This document shows positions 17,190-27,107 of a stretch of DNA of 64,000 nucleotides, piece after piece. Under the pieces are notes generated by a model, which saw nothing but the letters and a program-made list of their open reading frames with translations, was not told the origin of the DNA and searched no databases. This DNA is from an uncultured Actinomycetes bacterium (GTDB lineage Bacteria; Actinomycetota; Thermoleophilia; UBA2241). Every line of letters starts with the position of its first letter. Within the stretch, counting starts at the first letter, position 1. A program made the translations under genes and the position numbers. The DNA lies in NCBI GenBank assembly GCA_963725665.1, contig CAVRZA010000001.1, positions 224,001 through 288,000 of the forward strand, written 5' to 3'.

Positions 17190-18596
17190 TCAGGCTGGGC
17201 CGACGGAGCTCTTCTCGCGCAGCCGCTCGACGCTGTTGACACGCACGTTGAGCAGCCGGGCGATGCGCACCTTGGCCTCGATGCCCTTGGCGGCTCCCGG
17301 CACGCCCGTGACGACGCCGATGTCGAGCCGCTCGCGCAGCTCGCGCATGACCGTCGAGTCGCTCAGCTCCCCCAGCCCGACACCCAGCTTGTCAGCCACG
17401 TAGCGCTTCGCCTGCGGCAGCCTCATCTTCTTGAGCTGCATGCGCGCCACCAGATCTCCGGCGGTGCGGATGCCGCCCATGCCCGAGGCCAGCGAGTGGC
17501 AGACGGACATCCCCATGGGATCTCCGCCGCCCACCTACAAGCCGTCGGCTCGGCCGATCTCGACCAGGGCGACGCCGGCGCGGGTGACGACGTCCGACGG
17601 CTGTACCTCGACGGTGGGGACCCCACCCACGCCCATGCCGACGTTGGCGTGGATGGGGATCTCGGCCACCCGCGAGCACTCCTTGACGAAGGTCACCGCG
17701 CGCGCCACGTTCCAGGGCGCGGACTTGCCGGTGTTGGTCGTGCTCACCGGTCCGAAGATGTGCGCCCCCGCCCGCTCGGCGGCCTTGACTTGCTGGTGTG
17801 GCCACAGCCCTGCCAGCCGCGTGCCCTTGTACTCGAGCTCGCCGTGGAAGCCGAGGACGAGCTCGGTCGCCATGCCCACCTCGATGGCGAGGTCGGTCGT
17901 GGCGGCGAGCTCCTCGATCGCCTGTAGCGTGGCGAGGAACTCGGCGTCGCCTGCCGACCCGGTCGTGTCGAAGTCGATGCCGTCGGCGCCCATTGCCGCC
18001 ATCGCCCTGCCCATGGTCACCATGTCGCGGCGCAGGGTCTCGGCCGCCTCGAGCTGAGTCTCGCGGGCCTCCTCGATGCGTCCCTTGGGCAGCAGGTCGG
18101 CTGGGTTCGGGAAGGGGCCGTCGGGCTGAAAGTAGAGGCCCATGTTGGGCATCGCGCCGTAGAAGAGGGGCACGATGCAATCGAGGAGCGCCTGCTCCAT
18201 GCAGAGCTGCTCGAGGGCTACGAGCGCCTTGGCCGGCTTGAACGAGTAGTCGGGGTGCCCGACCTCCATGGTGTCAAAGCCCAGCGCGCGCTCCATCACG
18301 CGTATGCCCTGCTCGCGGCCGAGGGGCACGCCCACCCCGCTCGACATCTGCCCACTGTAGAGGGTGTTGGCGCAGCCGTCCTTGGTGAGGACGACCTCGT
18401 GACCGGGCGGCACGCCGGCGATGCGCCCCGGGTAGGCGAAGAGGTCGTGCAGGTAGTCGATCTCGTTGGCTTCGAGAGCGGGAATCTTCGCCTTGGCGGC
18501 CGCCGCCTCCGAGCCCTCTACGAGCTCACGCCGCAACCCGTCGGGCGTGAGCTCGACGGCGTATCCGTCACCCATGCGGGTCGTGATCGTAGTCAT
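17190..18596 (-). CDS. mtbB: Dimethylamine:corrinoid methyltransferase with in-frame amber codon (pyrrolysine, residue 354)
   Basis: [36 protein letters not shown] and GMGVGGVP motifs; ...GRADGL-TAG(17535-17537)-VGGGDPMGM..[21 protein letters not shown] continues in frame; 468 aa in total. Confidence 0.92.
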
Positions 18597-18671
18597 GGAC
18601 ACTCCCCCTCGCTTCGCGGTCGCTGCCGCTCGGTCAGTCGACAGGCTCGCCGATGATGGCGAGCCATCCTC

Positions 18672-19976
18672 TTAGTCGATCACCGGCTCGCCCGTCAGGG
18701 CGAGCCGCTCGATGAGGTCGGCGCCCTTGACGTTGCCCGGCTCGGCCTGTACCTGGGCGGCGATCCCCTTCATGCGCTCCCGCAGCTCCTCGTCGCCCAG
18801 CAGGCGCTCTAACGCAGCGATGAGCTCGTCCTGCTCCCAGTCGTAGGTGGGCAGGCGGGCGCCGAAGCCGGCCTCCTGGAGCCGCTGCGCGTTGTCGTAC
18901 TGGTCCCAAAAGAGCGGCAGCCCGATCATCGGCAGGCCGAAGTGGAAGCCCTCGCAGATGGTGTTGTTGCCGCCGTGCGTGATCAGCAGGTCGCACTGCG
19001 GCAGGATCGAGGGCTGGGGCAGAAACTCGTCGCCGTACATGCGCGGCCCGAGCCTCATCTGGTCCTTCAGGGCTCCCATCGAGACGACGGCCCTGTGCTC
19101 GGTCTCGGCCAGCGCGTCGATCAGGCGTTGCATGAGAGCGAGGTCCATGCAGCCCAGAGAGCCCAGCGACAGGTACACGACCCTGCCCTCGCCGGGCACG
19201 CGCTCCTCCACGGAAAAGGGCGCCTCGGTGGTGCGCACCGAGGATTCCATGCGGTGCCAGGTGGGCCCCAGCGGCTGCGCGCGCTCGTAGTCGGCCGCCG
19301 CGGGGAACTCGTACAGGTTGAGCCAGGGTGAGGTGGTGTTGAACTCGTCGCGCGGACAGGGGTTCACGCCGGCCGCGGCGCGGAACTCGTTGTGCTCGCG
19401 CAGCAGGCCCTCGTGCGCGCGACGGTACTCGTCCTTGAACGCCTGCCACTCGCTGCGGTCGCTCACCGGCAGCCCCGACAAGGGGGGCGGCAGGCAGGGG
19501 TCGCGCATCTCGAGGGGGTTGCAGGAGACGACGCGCACCCACGGCACCCCGGCCAGCTCGACGGCGGCGTAGCCGGTCACGTTGTCGGTGACGACCACGT
19601 CGGGACGGATCTCGTCCCAGATCGCCATGACGCGCTCGTGGGAGTACTTCTCGGCCGCCACGAGCGTCTCCCAGATGGGTCTCGTCACCGTGGCGATCTG
19701 CTCGATGGTGGGCGTGCGGAACTCCGGCGCCGTGACGCGGATGAACTCCGACCAGGGGTCGGCGCTCGGGTCGGGGTTCTCCTCGGGCGGGGCCGTGCGG
19801 AAGAGCCGCTCCTCGAAGCCCCTCGCCGCGAGCACGCCGGCGAACGACTCGTCGACCACGAAGACGGGTCGGTGGCCTCGCCAGCGCAGCACGTCGGCGA
19901 TGGCGGCGCAGTCGTTGGTCGGGCCCCAGGCGCCGGGCTCGGGAAAGAAGGCGACGGTCTTGGCGGCGTGGCTCAA
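18672..19976 (-). CDS. GT1/MGT-family UDP-glycosyltransferase
   Basis: WGPTN, YLSLGSLG, ITHGGNN and PLFWDQYDNA motifs; TTG start overlaps the upstream stop. Confidence 0.88.
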   Translation of the reverse strand: MSHAAKTVAFFPEPGAWGPTNDCAAIADVLRWRGHRPVFVVDESFAGVLAARGFEERLFRTAPPEENPDPSADPWSEFIRVTAPEFRTPTIEQIATVTRPIWETLVAAEKYSHERVMAIWDEIRPDVVVTDNVTGYAAVELAGVPWVRVVSCNPLEMRDPCLPPPLSGLPVSDRSEWQAFKDEYRRAHEGLLREHNEFRAAAGVNPCPRDEFNTTSPWLNLYEFPAAADYERAQPLGPTWHRMESSVRTTEAPFSVEERVPGEGRVVYLSLGSLGCMDLALMQRLIDALAETEHRAVVSMGALKDQMRLGPRMYGDEFLPQPSILPQCDLLITHGGNNTICEGFHFGLPMIGLPLFWDQYDNAQRLQEAGFGARLPTYDWEQDELIAALERLLGDEELRERMKGIAAQVQAEPGNVKGADLIERLALTGEPVID

Positions 19977-20632
19977 CGCTCGACCCGCGACCGCGCGCGC
20001 ACCTCCTCCCACTGCCGGCCCGTCTTGCGCAGGTTGAGCGCCCCGACGATCATCATGGCGCCCCAAACGAGAGCGATCAGGCCGATCAGGATGCCCACGA
20101 GCGTGACGGTGGCGCCGGGCCAGGCCATCACGAGGATGCCAAGGACGATGAGCGCGATGCCAACGGCCAACTCGCGAGCGCGGCTGTCGCCGAGCTCCCT
20201 GAACGCGGACAGGGTGCGCACGACGCCCCAGAACACGAACGTGAGGCCGGCGACGAAAGCGACGACCTTGAGCGTCTCGCCGGGCCAGGCCAGCAGGACG
20301 ATGCCGCCGATGATGGCGATCAAGGCGCCGATCGCCTGGGCTCGTCTCTCTTCTCCGCGCCGCAGAGTGATGAGCTGGACGATGCCCATGAAGACAAGGA
20401 AGAGGCCGGTGAGCCACGTAAGCGTGGCGACGCTGCCGAAGGCGTTGCTCAGCACCACGATGCCGAAGATGACGCCGACGATCCCCAGCCCGAGCACGAT
20501 CGGCCAGTTGTGCAGGGCCCAGCTCGCACGCCTGTCCAGCGCGTGTGCGTGCCGAGGACTGATGGCCACCTCCTCCTGGATGATGACCCTCTCGTCGTCC
20601 GAAGGCTCTGGCCCCCTCGGTGTGTCGTCCAT
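19973..20632 (-). CDS. HdeD/DUF308 family membrane protein
   Basis: Two repeats of the GIVLLAWPG-type hydrophobic hairpin; GGGAGG RBS. Confidence 0.85.
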   Translation of the reverse strand: MDDTPRGPEPSDDERVIIQEEVAISPRHAHALDRRASWALHNWPIVLGLGIVGVIFGIVVLSNAFGSVATLTWLTGLFLVFMGIVQLITLRRGEERRAQAIGALIAIIGGIVLLAWPGETLKVVAFVAGLTFVFWGVVRTLSAFRELGDSRARELAVGIALIVLGILVMAWPGATVTLVGILIGLIALVWGAMMIVGALNLRKTGRQWEEVRARSRVER

Positions 20633-20937
20633 CTCCGACCTCCCCTGCTCGATGCGCCCGGCGGCCGCGGCCGCCTCTGCTCCTCTCGGCTCCGGTCCGC
20701 GACCGTGACCCGCTCCTATTATCTCTTACGAATGTGCAATTGACTGCTACCGACCTGCCCTCCTGCAAGGTCGGCCAAACGCGCGCAGCGCCGCAGTGTG
20801 CCGGGTTTGGCGGCGTGGCGGGGCAGAGGAGCCGCGGGTTTAGCGCCGGGCGGAGCCACGGAACATCACAGTAGCACTGACGGTACGCGAGCTCGGGGCG
20901 GCGCAACCGACCCGTTTTCGTTCGAGGAGGACTTCCC

Positions 20938-23024
20938 ATGCTCAGTGACCTGCGCCAGCGCAAGGTGGCCCGCGTTCTGTTCGACGAGTTCCACGGTGAG
21001 GCCTGGACCATCCGCCCCGACGTCGCGCGCAAGATGCACCCCGAGCATCCCGAGGACGCCTCATACGCGGACGCGGCCGGGCACCTCGCCGAGCGCGACT
21101 TCGAGGTAGCCACCAGCACCGACGGACCCCTGACCGACGAGGTGTTGAGCGACACCGACGTACTCGTGATCGCCCAGCCCTCCGAACCGAAGTGGGAGCG
21201 CACGGTCAACGACAACTCGCCCGTCTTCTCGGACGCCGAGATCCGGGCCGTCGAGTCGTTCGTGTCGCGCGGGGGCGGCCTCCTCGTACTCGGCGAGGCC
21301 GAAGAGGACAAGTACGGCAGCAACCTCAACGAGCTGTTGGCGTCGTTCGGCATCCGCATCGAGAACGCGACCGTGCTCGACTACCGGGGCAACGGCAGCG
21401 GCCCGACCTGGATCGTCGGCGAGCCCGCGCCCGGCGCCGGCTCGCCGACCCTGCTGCACCTGGTGCGGCGGGTGCGTTTCTACCGCGCCGGGTCGCTCGT
21501 CGCCGACGAGCCCGGCGCGGTCGTGCTGCGCTCGGGCGACGAGGCGCAGCCGGCCCAGGCCGGGCTCCTGGCGGCGACCAGCCACGGCGTGGGTCGCGTG
21601 GTGGTCGTCGCCGACTCGGACCTCTTCGGCGACGACCACGTCGACGACCTCGACCACCTGCAGCTCTGGCACAACCTGATCTACTGGGCGGCGCTGCCGG
21701 CGTTCCGTTCCGACCCGCAGCCGATCGTCTCGGAGGCGGCGCGCGACCCCGCCTGGGAGCGCCTGCGCGACGAGACCAACGCACTGCGCCGCCTGCAGGA
21801 GCCCAAGGGTGAGGTCGACCTCGAGCGGCACGACATCGCGGAGGTGCGCGCCCGCGTGGCGGCGATGATCGAGTCGATCGGCGCTCTGACGCCGCGCTTC
21901 CCGCACGAGAAGGAGCACCTGGAGCGCGTGATCGACGACCTGCAGGCCTGGGTCGAGGGCGGTTGCGGCAAGCCCGACTTCACCGCTTCGCTGGCGCTCT
22001 TCAGGCCCGAGCAGCACCGCGCGACGGCATCGAGCACCTGGTCGTCTTTCCCATGTACACGCCCAACGGCTCGCCCGACACGCGCTTCGAGGCTCTCATC
22101 GTGCGTACGCCCTGGCCGTCGTTCATCGACGAGCTCGAGCGCACGCGCTACGACAACGACAAGTTCGTGCCGGTGCAGCTCGTCGACTACACCGACGGCT
22201 ACGCCAGCGAGTGCGCCGTTCTCTTCCCCGAGACTGTCAGCGTTGTCGGCCGGCCGACCAACTACTTCGGCGGCATCTTCTGCGACCGCGAGTCGGCGCG
22301 CTACCGGCGCTCGACCGACAAGGCCACCGACGTGCTGCGCGTCGACCTGCCGCCCGACGCCGAGGCGCTGGTGAGCTCGGGCGACCTCGCCCTCGAGACC
22401 TACATCCTCTGGGACCTGATCCACGACAGCTGGCACAGCCACGGCGATCTGCCCTTCGACCCGTTCATGATCCGCCAGCGGCTGCCCTACTGGATGTACT
22501 CGCTCGAGGAGCTGCGCGTCGACCTGGCAGCCTTCGTCGACGCCGGCAAGCTGGCCGACGAGGGGTTCGCCTTCGCGCGCTACGTGCAGTACGCGATGCT
22601 CTTCGACCGCATCGTGCGCTTCCCCATCACCGGCAACCGCGTGCGCAACTACGACGGGCTCGGCGGGCAGCTCCTGTTCGCCTACCTGCACAAGAGCGGC
22701 GTCGCGCGCTGGACCGACAACAGCCTGCTGATCGACTGGGAGCGTGTCGAGGACACCGTGGGTGCGCTGCGCGAGCGGCTGGAGGTCCTGTACCGCGAGG
22801 GCATCGACCTGAGCAAGGTCTCCTACTGGATCGCGGCCCACGATCTGGTCGCCGAGTACGTGCACCCCAACGTAAACTCGCAGTGGCAGAAGGAGACGCG
22901 CGTCTACTCCGACGAGGCAGAGCCGCGCGCGTGGGTCGAACGCGTGCTCGACGACGAGTTCCCGCTGAGCATGTTCTACGAGTCGGTGAAGAAGAAGATG
23001 GTCGAAGAGCCGGCGCTGGTGTGA
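20938..23024 (+). CDS. Fusion of a DUF4350/GIFT-like glutamine-amidotransferase-fold domain with a DUF6421-like putative metalloenzyme (frameshift near 22020)
   Basis: VLFDEFHGE, FVSRGGGLLVLGE and GRVVVVADSDLF; then VFPMYTPNGS, WDLIHDSWHSHGDLPFDPFMI, LEELR and NYDGLGGQ. Confidence 0.75.
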
Positions 23025-23073
23025 GCGACCCGGCGCCCCACGTTCGCCGTGAGCCGGGGCTCGTGACGCCGGC

Positions 23074-24126
23074 ATGAGCGCCCCGCTCGAGACCAGGCTC
23101 GTCATGTTCGCGAGCGACAACTACGCGGGCGCCCACCCCGCGGCGCTCGAGGCGATCGTCGAGGCCAACGCGGGGTGGGCGCCCTCCTACGGCGACGACG
23201 CCTGGACCGCGGCGCTGCGCGAGCGTCTGCGCGAGCTCTTCGGCGACGTCGAGGCCTTCCCCGTCTTCAACGGCACCGGCGGCAACGTCACCGCGCTGGG
23301 CACGATCCTGCGGCCCTTCGACGCCGTCATCTGCCCAGAGACGGCGCACATCAACGTCGACGAGTGCGGCGCCCCCGAGCGCTTCGCGGGCTGCAAGCTC
23401 GTCGATCTGCCCACGCCCGACGGCAAGCTCACTCCGGAGCTCGTGCGCGGCGCGGTCAGGGGGATCGGCGACCAGCACCACGTGCAGCCACGGGCGGTGT
23501 CGATCAGCCAGTCGACCGAGCTCGGCACGGTCTACACGCCCGAGGAGACCGCGGCGCTGGCGGCCGTCGCGCACGAGCACGGCCTGCTGCTGCACGTCGA
23601 CGGGGCGCGACTGGCCAACGCCGCGGTCTCGCTGGGCACCGGCTTGCGCGAGATCACGACCGACTGCGGCGTCGACGTGCTGAGCTTCGGCGGCACCAAG
23701 AGCGGTCTGCTCGGGGCCGAGGCGGTCGTCTTCCTCAACCCGGGGCTCGCCGACGGCTACCCGTTCGCGCGCAAGCAGGGCACGCAGCTCGCCTCGAAGA
23801 TGCGCTTCGTCTCGGCGCAGCTCCTGCGCCTGCTGCGCGACGACCTCTGGCGCGAGACGGCGGGCCACGCCAACGGCATGGCCCGCCGTCTCGCGGACGG
23901 CCTGCGCGCGATACCGGGCGTGCGCATCGCCTACCCGGTGCAGGCCAACGCCGTGTTCCCCGCGCTCCCGGCCGCCGTGATCGAGCGCCTCCTCGAGCAG
24001 TACCGCTTCTACGCCTGGGACGAGTCGGCGGGCGTCGTCCGCTTCATGTGCTCCTGGCAGACGACGCCCGCCGAGGTCGACGACCTCATCGCCGCGGTGC
24101 GCGAGGCCGTTGCTGCCGTTCGCTGA
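23074..24126 (+). CDS. ltaE: Low-specificity L-threonine aldolase
   Basis: FASDN, GTGGN, AHINVDECGAPE, HVDGARLANA and SFGGTK motifs. Confidence 0.88.
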   Translation: MSAPLETRLVMFASDNYAGAHPAALEAIVEANAGWAPSYGDDAWTAALRERLRELFGDVEAFPVFNGTGGNVTALGTILRPFDAVICPETAHINVDECGAPERFAGCKLVDLPTPDGKLTPELVRGAVRGIGDQHHVQPRAVSISQSTELGTVYTPEETAALAAVAHEHGLLLHVDGARLANAAVSLGTGLREITTDCGVDVLSFGGTKSGLLGAEAVVFLNPGLADGYPFARKQGTQLASKMRFVSAQLLRLLRDDLWRETAGHANGMARRLADGLRAIPGVRIAYPVQANAVFPALPAAVIERLLEQYRFYAWDESAGVVRFMCSWQTTPAEVDDLIAAVREAVAAVR

Positions 24127-24146
24127 CCTCGCGGCGAAGGTCGTGT

Positions 24147-26525
24147 CTAGATCTCAGCCCGCAGGCGCGCGTCCAGGTAGGCCCTGATGGCACGATACTG
24201 GCTCTCGCCGTCGAGCCCGGCCTCGGCCAGCACCACCTCGCCCTGCCCGCTGCCGAGGAAGTGGCCCTTGCGGTAGGGGTGGAGGGTCGCGGCGAGGCCG
24301 GCGTCGGAGCGCACCCAGCGGTACATCGTCGGCAGCGTGAAGCCGGTGATGCCCATCGCCTCACGGGCGTGCTCCTCGGGGAAGAGCCGACGCTGCTCCT
24401 CCACGGGCAGCAGGTCGAAGAGCTCGGCGCTGGCGACGTAGAAGACCAGCGGGTCGATGCCCTCCTTCTGCGAGCAGCGGCAGCGCCTCCTCCACGAAGG
24501 CGTAGGTCACGGCGCTCTCCTGCAGCACGAGGGTCACGTCGGCCGCGTCCTGTGGCCGGCGCAGCACGTAGACGCCGGTGACGGCGGCTTCAGCGGGCGC
24601 CAGGCCGAGCGCGGCGCGGTCGAGCACGGTCTCGTTGGGCCGCGTCACGAAGGGCGCGATGAGCGCCGGCCGCTTGGCCAGGGCGGCCGCGACCAGCGGC
24701 CAGATCTCCTGCGGCTCCCAGGGCGTCAGCGAGATCATCGTGCCCAGGGGGAAGTTCTCCTGCAGGAGCTGCAGCGGCTGCGGGTCGGCGTGCGTGGGGC
24801 CGTCCTCGCCGGTCTTGAGGCCGGCGTGGGCGCACACCAGGAAGATCGGCTTGTAGGGCTCGCCGGTGACCGACTCGCGCGCCTGCGCGCCGATGGCGTG
24901 CAGGCGCGCCGCGATGTGGCCCAGCGGCGCCATGAAGGCGCCGTAGGAGGAGCCGACGCCGATGGCGTGCCCGTAGGCGGCGATGCCCGAGAGGACGCCG
25001 GTGATGGCGTCCTCGCAGATGCCGCCGATCGAGAGCAGGCGGGCGTCCGGGTTCGTCTTCGGCGTTCCAGTAGCCGTCGGCGAAGCCGCCGCCGATGGCG
25101 TTGACGCTGGTCGAGCCCAGGAGGTCGGCCGACGCGGTCAGGATCGCGCCGCCCGACGCCGCGTTGAGGTGGTGCAGGCAACGTCCGAGCTCGTTGCGCA
25201 GCGTCGTCGAGGCGCCGGGCTTGAGGCGCAGCTCCTCGGGGATCGACGCCGTCGAGCGGCCCGCGACCTCGTAGATCGTCTCGACGCGCGGCGCGCCCGG
25301 CGCGCGGCGCGCGCGCGAGCCGGTCGAGCCGCTCGCGGGCCGCCGCCAGCCGGTCGGCCAGCGCGCGGGCCATGTCCGCGTTCGCCTCGACCTGGCGCGC
25401 GGATCACCTGCAGCGACTCCCAGAAGCAGCCCTCCATGATCATGTCGCCGCCGGCCGCCCGGCAGCGCTGATCCTCGCCCTCGCAGACCGGCAGCGACGC
25501 TCTGGCGGTCGCCGGTCAGTTCGGCGAGCGCCTCGTAGAACCCGTCCGAGCAGAGCTTGTGGCCGGCGCCGTGCGACCCCTTGCCCTCGATGCCGTACTT
25601 CCAGCCCTTGTGCGTGCGGTAGATCGATGGCCGTCGGCTGTCCGTTGTCGATCGCCAGGGCGTGGCGCTGCGCGGCGGCGATCTGCTGGAAGTCGTGGCC
25701 CTCGGGCACGTAGACGACGTTCCAGTCGTGCAGGTAGAAGAGCTCCATGGGATCCCACTGCACGTAGTCGCCGGGTGTGCCTTCGTCGCGGCAGACGCGG
25801 TCGCAGTCGATCGAGGCCTGGTTCCAGTCGAGGTGCAGGATCGCGTTGCCCAGCGAGGCCGTGCCGGCCGCGGCCAGCGCTTCGGCCACGCGGCCGGGCG
25901 TGAGGCCGCCCTCGCCCTCGGAGATGTGCACGCGGGGGGCGGCCGCGCCGAAGTAGTCGGCCGCCCCGAAGGCCAGGCCGATCGAGCTGGCCACGCCGAC
26001 GCCGGAGGCGCCGGTCGAGAGCTTCACGAACGGCGTCGCCGGCGTCGGGTGCCCGTCGAGCGCTTTGGCGCGCAGCTTTGTGAAGAGCGGCGTCGAGGTG
26101 ATCGGGTTGCGGCGGAAGCCGAGCAGGTCCTCGAGGCGCAGGCGCTGCTTCTCGTCGGCCGGGCAGGAGCTCGGGACGCCCGACGCGGGTCACCTCGTCG
26201 CGCAGGGCCCACAGGGCGTAGAGGCCCATCGCCTTGTGGCCGGCCGCGTACGAGACGATGTCGGCGTCCACGCGGTCGGGGTCGCCGACGTCGTAGTCAG
26301 CGCACTCGAAGAGGATCTCGGTCATGAAACGCCCCGACGAGATCGACCCGCCGGGGTGGCCCGACATCGGCACGTAGTTGTAGAGGAGCGCGCAGAGCGC
26401 GCGGTAGATGCGGTCGAAGGTCTCGTAGCGGGCGAGGGCCTCGCGGACAGCGGGCCCTCGCCCGCCGTCATCGTCTCGCTGATGTCGATGTAGATCGCGC
26501 GCCTGGGTCCGAACGAGATCGTCAT
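24147..26525 (-). CDS. Single-chain transketolase-like TPP enzyme (several frameshifts)
   Basis: SGHPGGS, YAAGHK, GHPTP, STGASGVG, GEGG...DWN and HAGLKTGEDGPTH spread across frames; AGGAGG RBS. Confidence 0.82.
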
Positions 26526-27107
26526 GATAGCGCTCCTCCTGGTGGTCACATCCCTGGCTGTGCCACACCGCCGATTGCACGCTGGGGCGCCCGCGCACCG
26601 TCGCCCTCCGGGCCGCGCCGCGCCGATGGTGGCGTCATGATGGCCACAGAACTCGCCGGCCCGCAACCGCCGCTCCGTCCTTGCTCGGCAGCGCGCGGCT
26701 GCCAGAATGGAATGTGACGCGACCCTCCGACGCCTCCACGGGCGGTGCCGTACGTCGAGTCCGCGCTTGACAGCGGTGGGGCTCGGACCGTAAAAGAAGC
26801 GATACCCGTCGACTGAGGCGACCCGCGTGGGAAGTGGCTGGATCGGGTCGCAGGAAGGGGGACATGCGCGAGAGGCACTCCGCGGGCGGCTCTGGCCCTC
26901 GGACGCCACCGCGCTCTCCGGGTCCCCCGGTGAGCTCCTTGAGCGATCCCTGCTCTTTTGAGCCTCCGTCGCGCTCTTTTCTGATCGATGCCCGGTCGCC
27001 TCCGCGAACGTGCTCGCTCAGACTCTGACCTGACTCGCACACCTCCGGCGCGGGTTCCAGCCCGCGGCCGGCACGACACGGTCGACACTCACGGGAGGGT
27101 GAGGCGT

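Noticed and set aside
17190-17534. Separate 114-aa ORF, or mtbB as a nonsense pseudogene
   Set aside because: Same frame as the upstream ORF with continuous MtbB motifs; the single TAG falls at the Pyl position
18672-21359. 895-aa, 973-aa (8748-11669), 684-aa (52062-54116) and 917-aa (55773-58526) giant ORFs as fusions
   Set aside because: The extensions are off-frame overlaps of neighbouring genes or frameshift run-ons; true boundaries are given in features
26767-27107. Glycine or lysine riboswitch before gcvPA
   Set aside because: Conserved cores (GCCGAAG...CTCTCAGG for glycine; AGTA/GCCGAA/ACTGTC for lysine) were not found
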